Shown: positions 53,815 to 56,713 of the stretch, piece by piece
Layout: each line of letters begins with the position of its first letter
Position numbering within the stretch: position 1 is the first letter of the stretch
Source of the DNA: an uncultured Gammaproteobacteria bacterium
Lineage (GTDB): Bacteria > Patescibacteriota > Microgenomatia > UBA8517
Reading direction: 5' to 3'
Assembly: GCA_964500695.1 (NCBI GenBank)
Contig: CAZCNT010000002.1
Span: 1 to 56,713 of the forward strand
Length of the DNA stretch: 56,713 nt
Notes under the pieces: model-generated
What the model saw: only the letters and a program-made list of their open reading frames with translations
Told to the model about the DNA's origin: nothing
The model's database searches: none
Program-made: the position numbers and the translations under genes

Positions 53815-55466
53815 TCTACTTTAACTATCTCAAAAGCTCTGTTACCGTTAAGAAAATCAACCGTTAAAAGTCTTGGCAAGCTATCGGGAAAGTCTCTAGG
53901 CTTTCCGATAAATAAAATCTTTTTACCCGGATTTTCTTTTCTAATATCGGCAAATTTAGTACCTATATCCCCTAAATCAGGAAAGTAGAATTTATCAAAC
54001 CTTAAAACCCTCACCCAATCGTAAGTCTCAAATCTATTCAAATTTGGATCATTTTGAAATTTGCCGGGATCCCAACCGGTGAAGAAAAGAGTAAACATAT
54101 GAGGTTCTCCATAAGTTCTGCTGAAAACTATCAGATCATAATCGTTATAGTGTGACTTTATGTAGTTAACCACTTGTTTGTTGCCATATTGCCAATCACG
54201 GGAGTAATTGATGGGATAATCAATATAGTATTTTTTAAGATAAATACCAAAATTAAGTCCAAATAATAATACTGTGACAGAGACTAACAAGACAATTTTT
54301 AACTGTTTGCTTTTGGTCTTTTGAAAAAACTCATATATACCAATAGCTGTAAATATTTGATATACAGGAACGGCGATTAATGTTCTTAATGCATTTGGAA
54401 TACTGTCATTTGTCATAGACACTGGAACAAAAGCTAAAAATAACCACGGCAGTAAAATTTTTAAGCTTTCATCTTTTCGCTTAATCAATAAGTAAAGTCC
54501 AAACAATAAAAATGGAGCTTGAATCCAATACAGTTCACCAACACCTTGAACATGATGTTGTTTATGCCCTGCACCGTTTATAAATAGAAAATTTGGTGTA
54601 AAGTGAGCAATATAATTCTCCGTAAAATATAAGGTGTTATATGTATATCTGTTATGAATTAATTTGGTTAAGGTTAATGGAAGTTTTGATAAATTTCTTC
54701 TTTCTTCGATTCTTGGAATTAAACCCGCATCGTCTGTGATACTCACTAATTTATACCTCGCAGATGCTTCTCCGCTTAATATAAAGGGTATTAAAGGCAA
54801 GAGTAATACAAAGAAAAGAAAGGCAAAAATAACTGACTCTTTTTTCATTGCCAAGAATCTTTTTCTATAAATCAGTGCGACAAGTGCAAGAAATAGGGGT
54901 GTAAAAACACGGGCGGAGTTATATGTATAAACTGATATTGTAAAGGGTATTACACTTAATATTAACCATTTTGGTTTTTCAAATCCTTTCACTAGCCACC
55001 AAATGCCAAGCACTATCCACATTACTGCAAATGATGATTCAAACGAGGCCCTAGTTAATTGTATGTGCCATGGGGAAATTGCAAGAAAAAACGATGAACC
55101 TAAAGCAACCCATTTATTTTTGAATAACTCCATAACTAAAAAGTATAAAAGAAGTACAGTTAGGGTTCCGTAAATTGCAGGTGTAATTCTTACACCAATT
55201 TCGTTTAATCCAAAGATCGCAATCCCCGGAATTGAAGCATAGATTTGAACCGGAAGTTTGTACTCCCCGTAAGCCTTAAAATGAACCGGAAACTTTACTC
55301 CCCACTCATCTTTTCCGGTCTTGAGAATTGAATAGGCATTATATCCGATCGAAACCTCATCCCAGTTCAAAGAAGGAGGAATCGAGGTTATATTATAAAA
55401 CCTTAAAAAGAAAGCCAGGACAACAATTGCAATTAGAGCCAAATATTTTTTCAAAAATGATATCAT
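53811..55466 (-). CDS. GT-C fold glycosyltransferase (GT39/ArnT-PMT-like), tandem paralog 3 of 3
   Basis: RFYNITSIPPSLNWDEVSIGYNAYSILKTGKDEWGVKFPVHFKAYGEYKLPVQIY. Confidence 0.8.
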   Translation of the reverse strand: MISFLKKYLALIAIVVLAFFLRFYNITSIPPSLNWDEVSIGYNAYSILKTGKDEWGVKFPVHFKAYGEYKLPVQIYASIPGIAIFGLNEIGVRITPAIYGTLTVLLLYFLVMELFKNKWVALGSSFFLAISPWHIQLTRASFESSFAVMWIVLGIWWLVKGFEKPKWLILSVIPFTISVYTYNSARVFTPLFLALVALIYRKRFLAMKKESVIFAFLFFVLLLPLIPFILSGEASARYKLVSITDDAGLIPRIEERRNLSKLPLTLTKLIHNRYTYNTLYFTENYIAHFTPNFLFINGAGHKQHHVQGVGELYWIQAPFLLFGLYLLIKRKDESLKILLPWLFLAFVPVSMTNDSIPNALRTLIAVPVYQIFTAIGIYEFFQKTKSKQLKIVLLVSVTVLLFGLNFGIYLKKYYIDYPINYSRDWQYGNKQVVNYIKSHYNDYDLIVFSRTYGEPHMFTLFFTGWDPGKFQNDPNLNRFETYDWVRVLRFDKFYFPDLGDIGTKFADIRKENPGKKILFIGKPRDFPDSLPRLLTVDFLNGNRAFEIVKVE

Positions 55467-55475
55467 TTACTCAGA

Positions 55476-55708
55476 ATGGCTAAAAGAATAGCACCTTATT
55501 TAATTATACTATTAGCTGTAGGTATTTTTTCTGGAAAGTTATTTTTCAAGGAATGGTGGCCATGCCGGGAGATCTTTTGTCCGGCGCATACTACCCTTGG
55601 CTGGAATATAAATACGGATACCAAGTGGGAGTTCCGGCGAAGTTGTCTTTGAGTACCGTCCGAGAAGTTTCCGCCACGGTTTTTACATCTTTATTGCCTC
55701 CGCAGTAA
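55476..55708 (+). pseudogene. Decayed 5' fragment of a plus-strand membrane-protein gene (frameshifted and truncated)
   Basis: ATG 55476 gives MAKRIAPYLIILLAVGIFSGKLFFKE (a TM helix). The plausible continuation MPGDLLSGAYYPWLEYKYGYQVGVPAK.. lies in another frame and stops at 55706-55708. The fragment is visibly GC-richer than its flanks. Confidence 0.35.
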
Positions 55709-55719
55709 TTTGGGGATTA

Positions 55720-56460
55720 TTATTTAAATCTACTGTCTTTCTTAACCCCAAACCGGTGCAAGTAAAAAGCAAGAATGGTAAGAAATCCATCTAAAATAAA
55801 TTTTGCCCCCTTTACAAACTGAATCGACGAAGCTTTTTCGTGATATCTGGTGGGGATTGCAATTTCGCCTATCCTAAATCCATAACTTATCGTAGAAATG
55901 GTCATTTCCTGATCAAAACCAAAGTCATTGGAGAATCTTTGGAAAGGAACAGCTCTTAATAATTTTACAGAATATGCCCTAAAACCGGAAAAGTGTTCTG
56001 TAAAGTTAACACCCAGAAGGATATTTTGAATTAAGCAAATTATTCTGTTCACGTAGTACTTAACGGGTGGCATTCCGCCTTTGAGCGCGCCATTCTTGTT
56101 TGCGATTCGGCTTCCAAACATAAAATCATATTTATTCTCCAAAATTGGCCTTATTAAATCCTTAATTCTTGTTCCATCATATTGATAATCGGGGTGAAGC
56201 ATTACAACCACATCAGGCTTGAGTTTTAAAGCTTCCCAATATAAAGTCTTTTGATTTCCTCCGTAGCCTAAATTATTAGGGTGAGCATAGACTTTAACCC
56301 CGAGTTTTTTTGCGACTTTTAATGTATTATCCTTTCCCCAATCGTCTACCAAAATAACATGCTTTCTTAGATTTTTTGGGATCTCATTGAAAGTATCCGC
56401 CACAGTTTTTTCAGCCTTATAGGCGGGCATGACAATTACTACCTTTGGGTTTTTTTTCAT
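55720..56460 (-). CDS. GT2, Dpm1-like polyprenyl-phosphate sugar synthase with a C-terminal TM helix
   Basis: VVIVMPAYKAEKT..VILVDDWGKDNT..LGYGGNQK..MLHPDYQYD, plus a C-terminal hydrophobic helix ILDGFLTILAFYL. Confidence 0.85.
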   Translation of the reverse strand: MKKNPKVVIVMPAYKAEKTVADTFNEIPKNLRKHVILVDDWGKDNTLKVAKKLGVKVYAHPNNLGYGGNQKTLYWEALKLKPDVVVMLHPDYQYDGTRIKDLIRPILENKYDFMFGSRIANKNGALKGGMPPVKYYVNRIICLIQNILLGVNFTEHFSGFRAYSVKLLRAVPFQRFSNDFGFDQEMTISTISYGFRIGEIAIPTRYHEKASSIQFVKGAKFILDGFLTILAFYLHRFGVKKDSRFK

Positions 56461-56713
56461 TGTAATTCGTTACAGTATACACTCCCTTGAGGAGATGACA
56501 AACACTTTTCTTTTGGATTGGTCGAGTAGCCTCTAAGAGAAACTTCCCCACTCAAATCTTTTAGTTCAAACTCAAGTTTAAGCTTGTGTTCATCTGCCTG
56601 GTTCTGAGAAATGGCTAAGGGATCTCCCACTAATATTTGATTTTTATAGACATCCTCCTTCCAATCAATCGGTCTGATCTCTGCGTTATTGATTTTATAT
56701 TCTTTTTCATAAT
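56457..56713 (-). CDS. 3' end (84 codons) of an unidentified upstream gene; the gene starts beyond the window end
   Basis: Open minus-strand frame from the window edge: YEKEYKINNAEIRPIDWKEDVYKNQILVGDPLAISQNQADEHKLKLEFELKDLSGEVSLRGYSTNPKEKCLSSPQGSVYCNELQ*. It ends in an ATGA overlap with the GT2 start. Absent from the ORF track because it has no start codon in the window. Confidence 0.45.
   Translation of the reverse strand, partial: YEKEYKINNAEIRPIDWKEDVYKNQILVGDPLAISQNQADEHKLKLEFELKDLSGEVSLRGYSTNPKEKCLSSPQGSVYCNELQ

Noticed and set aside
56450-56457. Homopolymer tracts as slipped-strand phase-variation switches. Examples: the A8 run in codons 2-4 of the GT2 at 56450-56457, and A8/T8 runs near 9618, 9800, 10980, 13077, 23034 and 44443.
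   Set aside because: Runs of this length are expected in DNA this AT-rich with Lys/Phe-rich proteins. They show no particular placement, and I cannot assess length heterogeneity from a single sequence.
1-56713. Alternative genetic code (UGA read as a sense codon, as in some CPR lineages).
   Set aside because: TGA is used repeatedly as the stop in ATGA stop/start overlaps, for example at 100-103, 5843-5846, 33073-33076 and 50521-50524. ORF lengths match family expectations under the standard code.
1-56713. Prophage, integrative element or defence island.
   Set aside because: There is no integrase, transposase, phage structural gene, tRNA target, restriction/toxin-like gene or Cas gene. The ABC ATPase is a canonical Wzt. 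All recognisable content is glycan biosynthesis.

Overview
AT-rich window (about mid-30s %GC by eye, not computed) that is almost entirely coding. I call about 55 protein genes and found no rRNA, tRNA, CRISPR array, transposase or integrase. Nearly every gene belongs to cell-envelope glycan synthesis.

Gene content:
- Seven confident and three candidate GT-C-type polytopic membrane glycosyltransferases (ArnT/PMT-like with a W-D-E first-loop motif, or PIG-V-like).
- One Wzy/O-antigen-ligase-like protein.
- Four Dpm1/ArnC-like polyprenyl-phosphate-sugar synthase GT2s, five further GT2s and three GT4s.
- A Wzx-like flippase and a Wzm/Wzt ABC exporter.
- Eight class-I SAM methyltransferases and two B12-binding radical-SAM enzymes.
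- A sulfotransferase.
- A nonulosonic-acid module: a PseG-like protein, a NeuB-cytidylyltransferase fusion and an aminopeptidase-like protein.
- A nucleotide-sugar operon: rfbF, a UXS/ArnA-like decarboxylase, ugd and a C-methyltransferase.

Layout: block 1 (1-11819) is on the minus strand, block 2 (11841-38491) is mostly on the plus strand, and block 3 (38393-56713) is on the minus strand. Many gene junctions are ATGA stop/start overlaps.

Structure not explained by the genes:
- A GC-rich ~140-bp repeat is translated in-frame inside two membrane-protein genes (109-246 and 6357-6497).
- A 17-bp tandem repeat fills one intergenic spacer (2434-2518).
- Heptanucleotide arrays (GTGAnTA / TnTCAC) form inverted brackets around an orphan four-helix-bundle gene of the 23S-rRNA-IVS/Avd family (50495-50934). 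Further arrays lie at 3622-3656 and 50174-50201.
- Very short divergent spacers carry back-to-back extended -10 boxes placed for leaderless or near-leaderless mRNAs.
- A decayed gene fragment lies at 55476-55708.

The gene families and composition suggest an uncultured, small-genome bacterium (CPR/Patescibacteria-like). That taxonomic guess is inference only.
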